In this document: positions 9,328 to 18,859 of the stretch, in pieces
Position numbering within the stretch: position 1 is the first letter of the stretch
How the letters are laid out: every line of letters begins with the position of its first letter
NCBI GenBank assembly: GCA_964617375.1
Contig: CAZTXQ010000004.1
Location: 34,546 to 98,545, forward strand
DNA from: an uncultured Mageeibacillus sp.
GTDB taxonomy: Bacteria > Bacillota > Clostridia > Saccharofermentanales > Saccharofermentanaceae
Reading direction: 5' to 3'
DNA: 64,000 nucleotides
Made by a program: the position numbers and the translations under genes
The notes under the pieces: model-generated
Databases searched by the model: none
Told to the model about the DNA's origin: nothing
What the model saw: the letters and a program-made list of their open reading frames with translations, nothing else

Positions 9328-12300
9328 TTATCGTTCCTTTTCCGCGAGTACCGCCGACATGATACCGACAAGTTCCTCCGCATGCGTATTGATGAAGTAA
9401 TGCTCGGCTCCCGGTATGACATGAAGCTTCACATCCTCCGAATAGCTTAGCCAGTTTCTATAACGCGTCGCATAACGGCCGGTCACGCGATCTTGATCAC
9501 CCGCTATAAAACAGATCCCTGTCTTAAGGCGCGGCGAAGGACCTGTCCGGAGACCGTGCAGGTACCGGTAGAACAATCTTGCATCATGCCGGAAAGCTTT
9601 AATCACAAACGCCAGACTGTCCGCATCGTACGAGTTCTTCGGAAGGCCGATGCGCATCAGATAATCCAGGATCTGCTTGTCGGAGGAGAACATCCAGGGA
9701 TCGAAGAATCCGCCGTAAATCCCGACATATCTCGGAGGGTAAGTACCGCCGGCAAAGATACCCGCGATCGCAATCCCGGCATTTTCGAGCAGATGCGCCA
9801 GTGCGAGCATCGGTGCGCATCCCACACAGTGCCCGTAGAGTACGACTTCCGGGGGATTCATCCGGACGATCTCATCAAAAATAAGCTGCGCGGTCGCTTC
9901 GGCTGTCAGGAATACCGGATCGGCACCTGTATCATGGCCGGACAGGTTTACCGCATACAGGGAATACCCCGGCAATACGGGACGTGCCGCGTCGGACATA
10001 TTCCGGTAAGAGAGAACGGTGCCTCCGCCGTAGGGGAAACAGATTACCGGGATTTTCCCCGTCCGGGTTCCGGATGAGAGTCTCACAAGAACCGGGTTCT
10101 CTTCCTCTTCCCCGCTGTCAATAAGCGCGGCCAGTTCGCGTATGGTAGGGTTCTTATACAGATCGACAAGCGTAGCCGCATATCCGTTATCGGGCAGTTT
10201 TGAGATGAATTTGACCGCCTTTAAGGATTCGCCGCCGATCGCGAAAAAATCATCGTCGAGACCGATGTCCTCTGTCTCAAGAACCTCCGACCACAAGCTG
10301 TACAGCAATTTCTCGGTATCACTTTCCGGTGCGGAGTATTTTCGCTCGGGCCGAATCGCTTCTTCAAAACCGGGCAGCATCGCCTTGTCTATTTTGCCGT
10401 TCCGGTTCAGCGGGATCTCCGGTATGCGAATAAAGTAGGCCGGAATCATATATGTGGGCAGGCTCACGGACAGGAAGCTTTTGAGCTCTTCGTATCCGAT
10501 CCCTGTATCTGATGTGAAATACGCGTAAAGCTGCTTTTCGCCGTATCGATCGGCGCGCGGATATACAAAAACTTCACGTATTTTCGCGTGCTTCAGGAGT
10601 TCCGATTCAATTTCGCCAAGTTCGATTCTGTAACCCCGGATCTTAAGCTGATTGTCGATTCGGCCGAGATACTCAAGGTCACCCGATTCCAGAACTCTGG
10701 CCAGGTCACCCGAGCGGTACATCCGTTCTTTTTCGACAAACGGATTCGGACAGAATTTGACCTGCGTAAGCTCCGGATTATTGAGATATCCGCGGCCTAA
10801 CCCCGCGCCGCTTACACAGAGTTCTCCCGGCACTCCGACCGGGACGAGGTTCAACTCTTTGTCGACAACAAATGTCTTAAGAGTCGGGATCGGCACTCCG
10901 ATGTTTCCGGTATTCGACAGAATTTCCCGGTCCCCGATTTCTTTAACGGTAACGTGAACCGTCGTCTCCGTAATGCCGTACATGTTGATCAGCCTGGTTT
11001 CCGGATATCGGTCGCGAAAAAGCTTAAGAAGTCTCGGGCGCAGGGCGTCGCCGCCAAAAATCACATACCGAAGCGAAAGTCCTGCGTCTTTTGAGGATTC
11101 TTCGTCGATCAGGTTGTAAAAGGCGGCCGGAGTCTGATTCAGGACCGTCACCTTCTCCCGTATCAGAAGATCAATAAACTCACGTGTGTCTCTCGTTTTT
11201 GTTTTTGGAACAAGGACAAGACGCCCGCCCCTTAAAAGTGCCCCGTACATCTCCCACACCGAGAAATCAAAACAGAACGAATGAAACATCGTCCATACGT
11301 CGTTCTCCGAAAATTCGAACGGGAATCGGCTGTTAAACAGAAGTCTCACGACATTTCTGTGTTCGATCATGACACCTTTGGGTTTGCCGGTAGAGCCGGA
11401 CGTATAGATGATATAGGCCAGGTTGCCGGGGGCATGTTCTCCTCTTCTGACCGGCGATACCGGCGAATACACGGCTATATCCTCCGGACGGATGCACTCG
11501 GTGATCGGGAGAAATCTCTCCGGAAACGGTCCGGCTGCCAGAAATGCCTTAGCACGGCTGTCTTCCAGAAGATAGGCCGTCCGTTCAACCGGCGCATCGG
11601 GATCAATCGGAAGATACGCCGCGCCTGCTTTCAGAATTCCCAGAATTCCGACGATCATTTCAAAGGACGGTGCAAGGGATATCGCGACAATATCGTCCGC
11701 CTCCACGCCCCTGTCAAGCAGCATGCCGGCGAACGCATCCGATCTTTCGGCGAGTTCTCTGTAGGTCATGGAGCTCTCCCCCATGGTAAGCGCCGTTCTT
11801 TCCGGGTACGACGTAACGCATGCATCGAATATCGAATCAATCGTCTCATCGTCCGGGAAAGAAGCGTCCGTATCGGAAAAACCGGTTATCAGAGAAGCTT
11901 TCTCTTCCTGGGACAGCAATGGGATTTTTCCGATCGCAATCTGATCGTCCGCCAGCACAGCGTGCAGAACATTCCGATAATGCGACAGAAAACGGTCTAT
12001 CGTATTTTCCGAGAAGAGATCTGTGCTGTATTCCGCGCCGATCCGGATCCCGTCCGGCGTGACATCCGCTTCAAGGGTCAGATCGAATTTCGTCGTACCG
12101 GTATCGATTATTCCCGGCGCAAATTCAAGCTTATCCGCCTTCATAAGCGAGATGTCCATGTTCTGAAGAACGAAGCACGTATCAAACAGGGGATTCCGGC
12201 TTAAATCTCTGGTCGGATACACTTTCTCGACCAGACGTTCCACAGGATAATCCTGATTCTCGTAAGCTCCGATTAAGTCGGATCTCACTTCGTCAAGAAA

Positions 12301-15300
12301 AGCGGCAAACGTCTTATCCCATGCCGGATTACTCCGTACGGCAAGCGTGTTAACGAACATACCGATCAAATCAAGAGTGTCGGGATGCCGTCTTCCCACA
12401 ATGGGGATACCGACGACGATATCATCCTGTCCCGAATAGCGGGACAGAAGAACATGGAAAGCCGCATACAGCACCATAAAAATCGTCGCGCGCGCATGCG
12501 CCGCCATATCCTTTATTCCGGATACAGTCTCCGGATTGAGACTTATCGACGTCCGCGAACCCCGGAAGGATTTCCGTGAAGGCCGCGCATGATCCGTCGG
12601 CAGATTAAGGACGGGCACTTCGCCTTTAAATCTCCCGAGCCAGTATTCCTCTTCCCGTTTCAGATCGCCGGCTGAGAGCCGCGCGTTCTGCCAGGCCGAA
12701 TAATCCTTATATTGGTTTCTGATTTCGGGAAGCTCGCCTCCCGAATAGAGAGCCGCAAATTCACGCTCCAGAATATTCACCGACTCACCGTCGGAAATAA
12801 TGTGGTGCATATCGATAAGAAGGACGTGTCTCTCGGCTCCGAGTGTTATGAGTTCCGCGCGTAAAAGAGGCGCGGTCCCGAGATCGAACGGCCGGACAAA
12901 TTCTTTCATTATGAACGGTAATTCCTTCTCGTCCGCCTGACGTTCGGGAATACGGAATGCCGCCTGCGGGTTAACGATCTGCACGGGAACGCCGTCGATG
13001 AGCAAAAATGAAGTCCTCAGGGACTCGTGCCGGTCAATTATTTTCGCAAAGGCTTCGGAAAGTGCCGGAACAGACAGAGGTCCCTTGATTTCGACAGCCG
13101 CGGGGAGATTATAGTTAATTCCCTCACCGTCAATCTGCCTAAGGAGAAAGAGGCGTTTCTGAGACGGCGAAACATCATAGGAAGAGGCCTCGGGAACCGG
13201 CAGAATCGACTGTCTGCCCGGCACGCCCGTTTCATCTATTTTCTTGCCGATTTTTCGCACGGTTCTTAACTGAAAGATATCGCTGATTCCGATTTCCGCA
13301 CCGAATCTTTTCTGAATCGCCACGGAAAGAGAGATCACTTTGAGCGAATCGCCTCCGAGATCAAAAAAGTCCTCGTCAACGCCGATCACCGATATTTCCA
13401 GAATCTTTGTCCAGATCTCAAGAAGAACCGCTTCGGTTCCGGTTTCCGGTGCCGTAACCTGCGTTTTGACCGTATCTTCAAAACAGGGTTCGGGAAGTGC
13501 TTTCCGGTCCGCCTTTCCGTTTGGCGAAAGCGGGATATTTTTCATATACATAAAGATGGCCGGAACCATATAATCGGGAAGCCCGGATGACAGATGCGAT
13601 TTTAAAGACGAAACATCCAGCTCTTTATCGGAAGTATAGTAGGCGCAAAGATACGTCGAATCCTTGTGCGATTTCGCCGTTACCACGCTGCTCAGAACTT
13701 TGGGATGTGCCGACAGCCGGTTCTCGATTTCGCCGAGCTCGATCCGGAAACCGCGGATCTTAATCTGAAAATCAAGACGCCCGAGATACTCGATATCCCC
13801 TTTCGGATACCAGCGTGCCTTGTCACCCGTTTTGTACATGATTTGACCCGGAAAGAAAGGATCCGGAAGAAAACGTTCCGCCGTAAGCGTCGGATTATTG
13901 ATATATCCGCGCGCGACGCAGATCCCGCTGATATAGAGTTCACCCGGAATCCCGACCGGCAGGAGCTTGTGGTTCTTGTCCAGGATATACAGGCGCACAT
14001 TGTCAATCGGCCTTCCGATCGGAACATTTTTTAAGTTTACGCGCGGAGAACAGTCAAAGTACGACACATCCACGGCAGCCTCCGTCGGACCGTACAAGTT
14101 ATACAGCTGCGCGCCGCATCGATCATACAAGTTCCGGTTGAAACGCTCCGTCTGACGGAGCGTCAGCGCCTCACCGCTCGCGAAAACCTGTTTCAGCGAC
14201 ATGAGCTTTCCGGTCATATCCTTCTCCGTGACATAATCCAGAAATGCGCCGAGCATGGAAGGCACAAAGTGCATCGTTGTCACCTTGTTCTTATCGATCG
14301 CATCCGCGATCACCTGAGGGTCTTTTTCACCGCCCGGCTCGAGCATCAGAACGCCGGACCCCGTGAAAGTCCACCAGAAAAGCTCCCATACGGATACATC
14401 AAAGGTGAACGGCGTTTTCTGCATAATCAGGTCTTCGGGATGAATGGGGTATTTTTTCTGCATCCAGTTGATGCGGTTGACGATGCTTCTGTGCCGGATC
14501 ATAACGCCCTTGGGTTTGCCGGTTGATCCCGATGTATAAATCACATAGGCGAGATCGTCGGGTCCGCTCATGCATTCGGGATTTGAAATGTCTCCGCGAT
14601 ACAGTTCCGGATCTTCCAGATACAGAACTTCGGCTCCCGGATCGGCAAGCTTTGAGGAAAGTGCGGTCTGCGTAAGAAGAAGGGTCGCTCCGCTGTCCCC
14701 GATGATATAGCGAATGCGATCTGCCGGATAATTCGGATCGATCGGAAGATACGCGCCGCCGGCTTTGAGGATAGCCTGAACCGCAATGATCATTTCAAAG
14801 GAACGGTAAACCGAGAGAGCGACAATTCGGTCTGGTCCGATGCCCTTTTCGATCAGACAGCGTGCCAGTTGATTTGACTTCTCGTTCAGCTCACGGTACG
14901 TCATCACGCGTCCGTTTGAGATTACCGCGCGCGCATCCGGGGTTTGGGAAGCCTGCTCATACAGGAATTCATGAAGTGTTTTCTCGTACGGATAATCAGC
15001 GGTCGTGCGGTTAAAATCGACAAGAATCTGCTGTTTCTCTTTCTCGGAAAGCATCTCCAGCCGCCCGATCGCTCTTTCCGGATTGTCGAGCGCATGCCAA
15101 AGGATATTGATCACATGCCGGTTGAGACTCTCTATCTCATTAATATGGTAAATTTCCGTCAGAAAATCGTAATTCAGTACAAAGCGGCCTTCGTCGTCGC
15201 GGTCATTCACATGAATGATGAGAGACTCGACCTGTTGTCCCGTGAAATGCCAGCGGCTCTTGACTACCTCTCCGAATTGAGTCGATTCGAACTTCGAATT

Positions 15301-16380
15301 CTGATAATTCAGAACAATATCATAGAGCCTGTGCGGGAGATTGTGATTTCTCTTCAAGTCTTTGAGAAGATAATTGTAAGGATACTTCTGATGGCGCAGA
15401 ATATTCATATTCTCGCGGCTCATCATTTCGGAAAACTCCGAAAAGTTCTTGGCATCGATCATCCGGACGCGGACCGGCGCGGCAACACTGACGAACATAC
15501 CGGATGTCTCTTTCTCGCGTGCATTGATCCGGTTCAGGATCGTAGTCCCGAGAATAATGTCGTCATTTCCCGTTACTCGATGAATATATATGCAAAGTGC
15601 CGCCATAAAAAGAGTAAACGGAGATTTATTATTTCGCGAGCAGTAGTCACGTATCTTATCCGACAAGACCTGGGGAATGATAAAGGACTTTCGCGCCGAC
15701 ATAATGCTCTCCGTCGTAAGCGCCTGAGGTTTCAGGACGGTCGGCTCCGGAAAGGAAGCAAATTTCCCGTTCCAGTATTCCCGGTCTTTCAAGAATCGCT
15801 CCGAGGACTCATAGGCCATCTCGTTTTTTAAGTGCTCGAAAAAAGACGGCTTCGGCGCATCTTCATACGGAAGATTCCTGCGCAGCGCGGCATAATAGGC
15901 GGTTATCTGATTCCCTATTACGGACATATTCCAGGCATCCGAGATAATATGGTGCAGCTTGACGAGCACCCCGCCGTTACTGTCGTCAATTTTAATCACA
16001 GTAAAAGAGAACAAATCCGAATCATACAAAGGAAAAGGCCGCTGCGTTTCCTTGACATCCCATGCGTACAGGGATTCAAGACCAGTCGTACTAAAATCAA
16101 AATAATCCAATTCCTTCTCTTCGAACGAAGATGCATACTGCAGGGGTTCTCCATTTTCCTCATGAATCCGTATACGAAGACCTTCGTTGTTCTTGATAAC
16201 AAGTATGACGGCCTTCCGCAAGGCATCATAATCAATCGTTCCCACGTAACGAATGGTTCCGGATATAATGTTCATATACGTTCCGGGATACTTCTGCTCA
16301 AGATACCAGATCGACTTCTGCGGCTGCGATAACTCGTAAAAAACCTTATCCATATACTCTTGTTTCCCTTCGAAAGGCAT
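9328..16380 (-). CDS. bimodular non-ribosomal peptide synthetase, C-A(Ser)-T-C-A(Thr)-T-TE
   Basis: Domain map in aa and approximate nt: C1 10-445 (15046-16353, HHIISDAW); A1 470-965 (13486-14973; LAYVIYTSGSTGKPKG, YKTGD, GRLDFQIKIRG); T1 975-1045 (GGDS, Ser1012 at 13345-13347); C2 1062-1495 (HHIISDGE); A2 1515-2005 (10366-11838); T2 2015-2085 (GGES); TE 2095-2350 (9331-10098). An alternative start is MDKV at 16353. Confidence 0.95.
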   Translation of the reverse strand: MPFEGKQEYMDKVFYELSQPQKSIWYLEQKYPGTYMNIISGTIRYVGTIDYDALRKAVILVIKNNEGLRIRIHEENGEPLQYASSFEEKELDYFDFSTTGLESLYAWDVKETQRPFPLYDSDLFSFTVIKIDDSNGGVLVKLHHIISDAWNMSVIGNQITAYYAALRRNLPYEDAPKPSFFEHLKNEMAYESSERFLKDREYWNGKFASFPEPTVLKPQALTTESIMSARKSFIIPQVLSDKIRDYCSRNNKSPFTLFMAALCIYIHRVTGNDDIILGTTILNRINAREKETSGMFVSVAAPVRVRMIDAKNFSEFSEMMSRENMNILRHQKYPYNYLLKDLKRNHNLPHRLYDIVLNYQNSKFESTQFGEVVKSRWHFTGQQVESLIIHVNDRDDEGRFVLNYDFLTEIYHINEIESLNRHVINILWHALDNPERAIGRLEMLSEKEKQQILVDFNRTTADYPYEKTLHEFLYEQASQTPDARAVISNGRVMTYRELNEKSNQLARCLIEKGIGPDRIVALSVYRSFEMIIAVQAILKAGGAYLPIDPNYPADRIRYIIGDSGATLLLTQTALSSKLADPGAEVLYLEDPELYRGDISNPECMSGPDDLAYVIYTSGSTGKPKGVMIRHRSIVNRINWMQKKYPIHPEDLIMQKTPFTFDVSVWELFWWTFTGSGVLMLEPGGEKDPQVIADAIDKNKVTTMHFVPSMLGAFLDYVTEKDMTGKLMSLKQVFASGEALTLRQTERFNRNLYDRCGAQLYNLYGPTEAAVDVSYFDCSPRVNLKNVPIGRPIDNVRLYILDKNHKLLPVGIPGELYISGICVARGYINNPTLTAERFLPDPFFPGQIMYKTGDKARWYPKGDIEYLGRLDFQIKIRGFRIELGEIENRLSAHPKVLSSVVTAKSHKDSTYLCAYYTSDKELDVSSLKSHLSSGLPDYMVPAIFMYMKNIPLSPNGKADRKALPEPCFEDTVKTQVTAPETGTEAVLLEIWTKILEISVIGVDEDFFDLGGDSLKVISLSVAIQKRFGAEIGISDIFQLRTVRKIGKKIDETGVPGRQSILPVPEASSYDVSPSQKRLFLLRQIDGEGINYNLPAAVEIKGPLSVPALSEAFAKIIDRHESLRTSFLLIDGVPVQIVNPQAAFRIPERQADEKELPFIMKEFVRPFDLGTAPLLRAELITLGAERHVLLIDMHHIISDGESVNILEREFAALYSGGELPEIRNQYKDYSAWQNARLSAGDLKREEEYWLGRFKGEVPVLNLPTDHARPSRKSFRGSRTSISLNPETVSGIKDMAAHARATIFMVLYAAFHVLLSRYSGQDDIVVGIPIVGRRHPDTLDLIGMFVNTLAVRSNPAWDKTFAAFLDEVRSDLIGAYENQDYPVERLVEKVYPTRDLSRNPLFDTCFVLQNMDISLMKADKLEFAPGIIDTGTTKFDLTLEADVTPDGIRIGAEYSTDLFSENTIDRFLSHYRNVLHAVLADDQIAIGKIPLLSQEEKASLITGFSDTDASFPDDETIDSIFDACVTSYPERTALTMGESSMTYRELAERSDAFAGMLLDRGVEADDIVAISLAPSFEMIVGILGILKAGAAYLPIDPDAPVERTAYLLEDSRAKAFLAAGPFPERFLPITECIRPEDIAVYSPVSPVRRGEHAPGNLAYIIYTSGSTGKPKGVMIEHRNVVRLLFNSRFPFEFSENDVWTMFHSFCFDFSVWEMYGALLRGGRLVLVPKTKTRDTREFIDLLIREKVTVLNQTPAAFYNLIDEESSKDAGLSLRYVIFGGDALRPRLLKLFRDRYPETRLINMYGITETTVHVTVKEIGDREILSNTGNIGVPIPTLKTFVVDKELNLVPVGVPGELCVSGAGLGRGYLNNPELTQVKFCPNPFVEKERMYRSGDLARVLESGDLEYLGRIDNQLKIRGYRIELGEIESELLKHAKIREVFVYPRADRYGEKQLYAYFTSDTGIGYEELKSFLSVSLPTYMIPAYFIRIPEIPLNRNGKIDKAMLPGFEEAIRPERKYSAPESDTEKLLYSLWSEVLETEDIGLDDDFFAIGGESLKAVKFISKLPDNGYAATLVDLYKNPTIRELAALIDSGEEEENPVLVRLSSGTRTGKIPVICFPYGGGTVLSYRNMSDAARPVLPGYSLYAVNLSGHDTGADPVFLTAEATAQLIFDEIVRMNPPEVVLYGHCVGCAPMLALAHLLENAGIAIAGIFAGGTYPPRYVGIYGGFFDPWMFSSDKQILDYLMRIGLPKNSYDADSLAFVIKAFRHDARLFYRYLHGLRTGPSPRLKTGICFIAGDQDRVTGRYATRYRNWLSYSEDVKLHVIPGAEHYFINTHAEELVGIMSAVLAEKER
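9826..9828 (-). other. TGT codon for Cys2185 at the thioesterase nucleophile-elbow position (GHCVG instead of GxSxG)
   Basis: The minus strand reads ctc tac ggg cac tgt gtg gga tgc gca, which is LYGHCVGCA. The surrounding context is FPYGGG...GHCVG...GDQD...GAEHY, the order expected for an alpha/beta-hydrolase TE with Asp and His partners. Confidence 0.7.
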
Positions 16381-17017
16381 TTTCTAAAAAAGAGTCTTCG
16401 CTGACCGTCGTAAGATGTCTGATTTCGTCCGCATTTTCCGAACAGCAACTGATGAAATAATCTCCCTCTCTTATCGTCTGCAGCATGCCTTTAATATCCG
16501 GTTTAAAGATACCCGGGTCCGCCAGAACCTCCGCCCATCCCTTCCCAAGCCATTTCAGGTAGGCTTCCTTCCGGGTCCAGATCTCAAAGAAGCGGGCACG
16601 CGTGTCACCCTCTCCGGTAAAGACATAGTTATACTCGCGGTCCGTAAAAACTTTACGGGCGATATCTTTATCCGGGGGGCCGGTCTTCTCGACATCCACG
16701 CCGACATCCCTGTCGCCGAATGCGACAGCAATCGCGCTTCTTGTATGAGACACACTAAAATACAGAGAAGGCTGGTATTGCAAGAACGGCTTGCCGTATG
16801 AATTCCGTATGAATATTAAATCCCGATTCTGAATAGACAATTTCTCGCACAGCAGATGCCGGAGAAATATGTCCGAATATAGAAGGAGCTTCCGGTCTAT
16901 ATCGGCGCGCATCGATTCAATCTGCTTTATTCTCCGTTCGGGAAGAAGCGGCAGAAAATGTTCGGTGACTTCGGGGTCATAACGACAGCTCGTTTCCAAA
17001 AAATACAAATGAATCAT
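16346..17017 (-). CDS. Sfp-type 4'-phosphopantetheinyl transferase
   Basis: 223 aa with FSVSHTRSAIAVAF, GVDVEK and WTRKEAYLKWLGKG motifs. Its stop codon is 4 nt from, or overlapping, the NRPS start. Confidence 0.85.
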   Translation of the reverse strand: MIHLYFLETSCRYDPEVTEHFLPLLPERRIKQIESMRADIDRKLLLYSDIFLRHLLCEKLSIQNRDLIFIRNSYGKPFLQYQPSLYFSVSHTRSAIAVAFGDRDVGVDVEKTGPPDKDIARKVFTDREYNYVFTGEGDTRARFFEIWTRKEAYLKWLGKGWAEVLADPGIFKPDIKGMLQTIREGDYFISCCSENADEIRHLTTVSEDSFLENAFRRETRVYG

Positions 17018-17221
17018 AAACGGTTACCACGCTTTTCTTACCATAGATCTTAAGAAAGCTAAACCGGTCAAAATTAAACCTATATAATTATTACATGTTG
17101 ATAAAAATTTGAAAAGAGTTTACATACAAGTTTTCTTACAAAAGTAGATATAGATTGATTAATTGAAATGAGAAGTCCCCCTTTTTTGGCGAATCGGGGG
17201 TGAAATCCGCCTTGTCCCATT

Positions 17222-18097
17222 TTAAGGCCAGTATACCTGCTCCACACCGGTGATGACATTGCCGGTTACCGTGCAGTAGTAGAAGTACGAAGAGTAGGTA
17301 ACCAGTTCAGGGTGAGCATTATATATCGAACAGAATTGATCATAATGAAAAGGAATGGATAAGGCGTCGTTGATAGCGCTTCCGTCTAAGTTGCACATCA
17401 TTTTAATCGTCACGATACTCATATTGGCAGAACGAAGCTGTGGATTAATGTTCTTATAGACAAATTCACTGTCCGCAAAATTGTTGACTATATCCTCGGC
17501 TTCTGTACGGGTATAACCTTCCTGGTCGACAAGCCAGTCAATCGCATCCTCGCCTCGCAGCATATCGAAATAATCAAACGAAGCGACCCCGGTTGACGGA
17601 TCAAAGGCCGTCATGATCGCATAACTCGAATACATGTTGGCTGTATTGACCGGTGCCGTCGATGATACGGTCCCGGCGGGCGTAATGATTGCGGTCGTCG
17701 CAGGACCCGTCGTTGCGGCGCCGGTATCTGTTCCTTCCGCCGCAGTTCCCGCTATAGATGTTTCATATAAAGCCGAGTCCGATGCGCCGGCTGTGGTTGC
17801 CGTTGTTGTCCGGTTGCCGAACAGATTCGAGAGCCAGGAATCAATATTGTTTCCCCCGCCGGACGACGATTCGGACGCTCTTGATTCTGTCTCGTCTGCA
17901 CTGGCCGTCTCTTCACGGGATGGTTCATTCGAGTGATCCGAACGGCCGGTTTTTAAGGACAGAAATCCGAAAAGCAAACCGCCGGCAAAGAGTAAAATCA
18001 CTGCGAGCAGCAGCGCCGAGGCGATAATCAGTATTTTTTCGAGTGTTGTACGACCGGCTCTTTTCCTAAAAACCCGCATTTTCTCATAATCAAACAT
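17222..18097 (-). CDS. hypothetical single-pass membrane protein with a Ser/Thr/Ala-rich linker and a C-terminal globular domain
   Basis: A basic N-terminus is followed by a TM helix (ILIIASALLLAVILLFAGGLLFGFL), a low-complexity TTATTAGAS... linker, and about 140 aa of ordinary composition. I do not recognise a family. Confidence 0.45.
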   Translation of the reverse strand: MFDYEKMRVFRKRAGRTTLEKILIIASALLLAVILLFAGGLLFGFLSLKTGRSDHSNEPSREETASADETESRASESSSGGGNNIDSWLSNLFGNRTTTATTAGASDSALYETSIAGTAAEGTDTGAATTGPATTAIITPAGTVSSTAPVNTANMYSSYAIMTAFDPSTGVASFDYFDMLRGEDAIDWLVDQEGYTRTEAEDIVNNFADSEFVYKNINPQLRSANMSIVTIKMMCNLDGSAINDALSIPFHYDQFCSIYNAHPELVTYSSYFYYCTVTGNVITGVEQVYWP

Positions 18098-18614
18098 TCT
18101 ATCGTACCTCTTTTTCAGAAATCAAAGAGTTCCTATGCTTAGCCGTTTATGAGCTAATGTTAAACTTGAATGATTGGAATATCAATAATTATTTATATAC
18201 AAAATGTATATCAGTAAGGCGATGCTAAAGAGGACAGCGTTCCGTTCATTGAGAAAGGAGAATCCGATGCGCTCGTAAAATGTGTAATCCGATTCGAATG
18301 TTCGGGCGTAACCCCTGAATCTTATTGTGGCATTCACCCGCCGTATTTCGGTCATAATTTCTTAGCACACCTGGTTGACCAGTCCTTTTGATAGCAACCA
18401 TATCAATGTATGACTATTTGCTATAAATTCTTCTAAAAATGATGAAATCATCTTGCTGTATTGTTACGTTTGTGCTAAAATTATGTCAAATAAAAATGAT
18501 ATATGTGAATTTTTACGATAGTTTCTATGTTGGTACGCGCTGATTTCAGAAGCTTGGCCTGATTTTTATCTTCCGGCAAGAGATGTACGCATAATCCCGC
18601 GTTAGCCGAAAGAC

Positions 18615-18705
18615 TTTTTGAAAAGGGCAACCTGCACCAAAGTGCAGAAACGCAAAGTCTGGAATCTAAAGGTTCTCCCATGATTGTCCGACTGCCGATT
18701 AGTAT
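18615..18705 (+). promoter_or_regulatory. candidate c-di-GMP-I (GEMM-I) riboswitch aptamer in the leader of the surface-protein gene
   Basis: The sequence is AAAAGGGCAA-CCUGCAC-CAAA-GUGCAG-AAACGCAAAGUC-UGGA...UCCGAC-UGCCGAUUAG. It matches the GGCAAAC / hairpin / ACGCAAAGC / second hairpin / CCGAU layout remembered from Vc2 and Cd1. Boundaries are approximate. Confidence 0.5.
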
Positions 18706-18859
18706 TTCGATTCATGACGATATTCATGACCGTCTCTGATATCTGTCGCAATTTCATATGCCCCGATATTAAGACGGCCGGTGTGCGCACCCGTCTCTGC
18801 CGACGATTCGCCGCAAATGCACTCGCATTTGCCGGAGAACGGATGAGTGGAGGTATCAA

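Noticed and set aside
11281-16332. Long plus-strand ORFs inside the NRPS gene (11281..12204, 14944..15831, 15832..16332 and others).
   Set aside because: They are antisense shadow ORFs with Arg-rich, low-complexity translations and no motifs. They lie fully within a gene whose domains are unambiguous.
9328-16380. The NRPS as a catecholate siderophore synthetase, because the module-1 code equals the EntF Ser code.
   Set aside because: There are no DHB-biosynthesis or activation genes (entA, entB, entC, entE), no aryl carrier protein, and no siderophore uptake genes adjacent. The architecture is bimodular Ser-Thr rather than the EntF-type single module.
18481-18859. Two small minus-strand ORFs (66 and 85 aa) in the long leader upstream of the surface-protein gene.
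   Set aside because: They have no RBS and odd composition, and they overlap the candidate riboswitch on the other strand.
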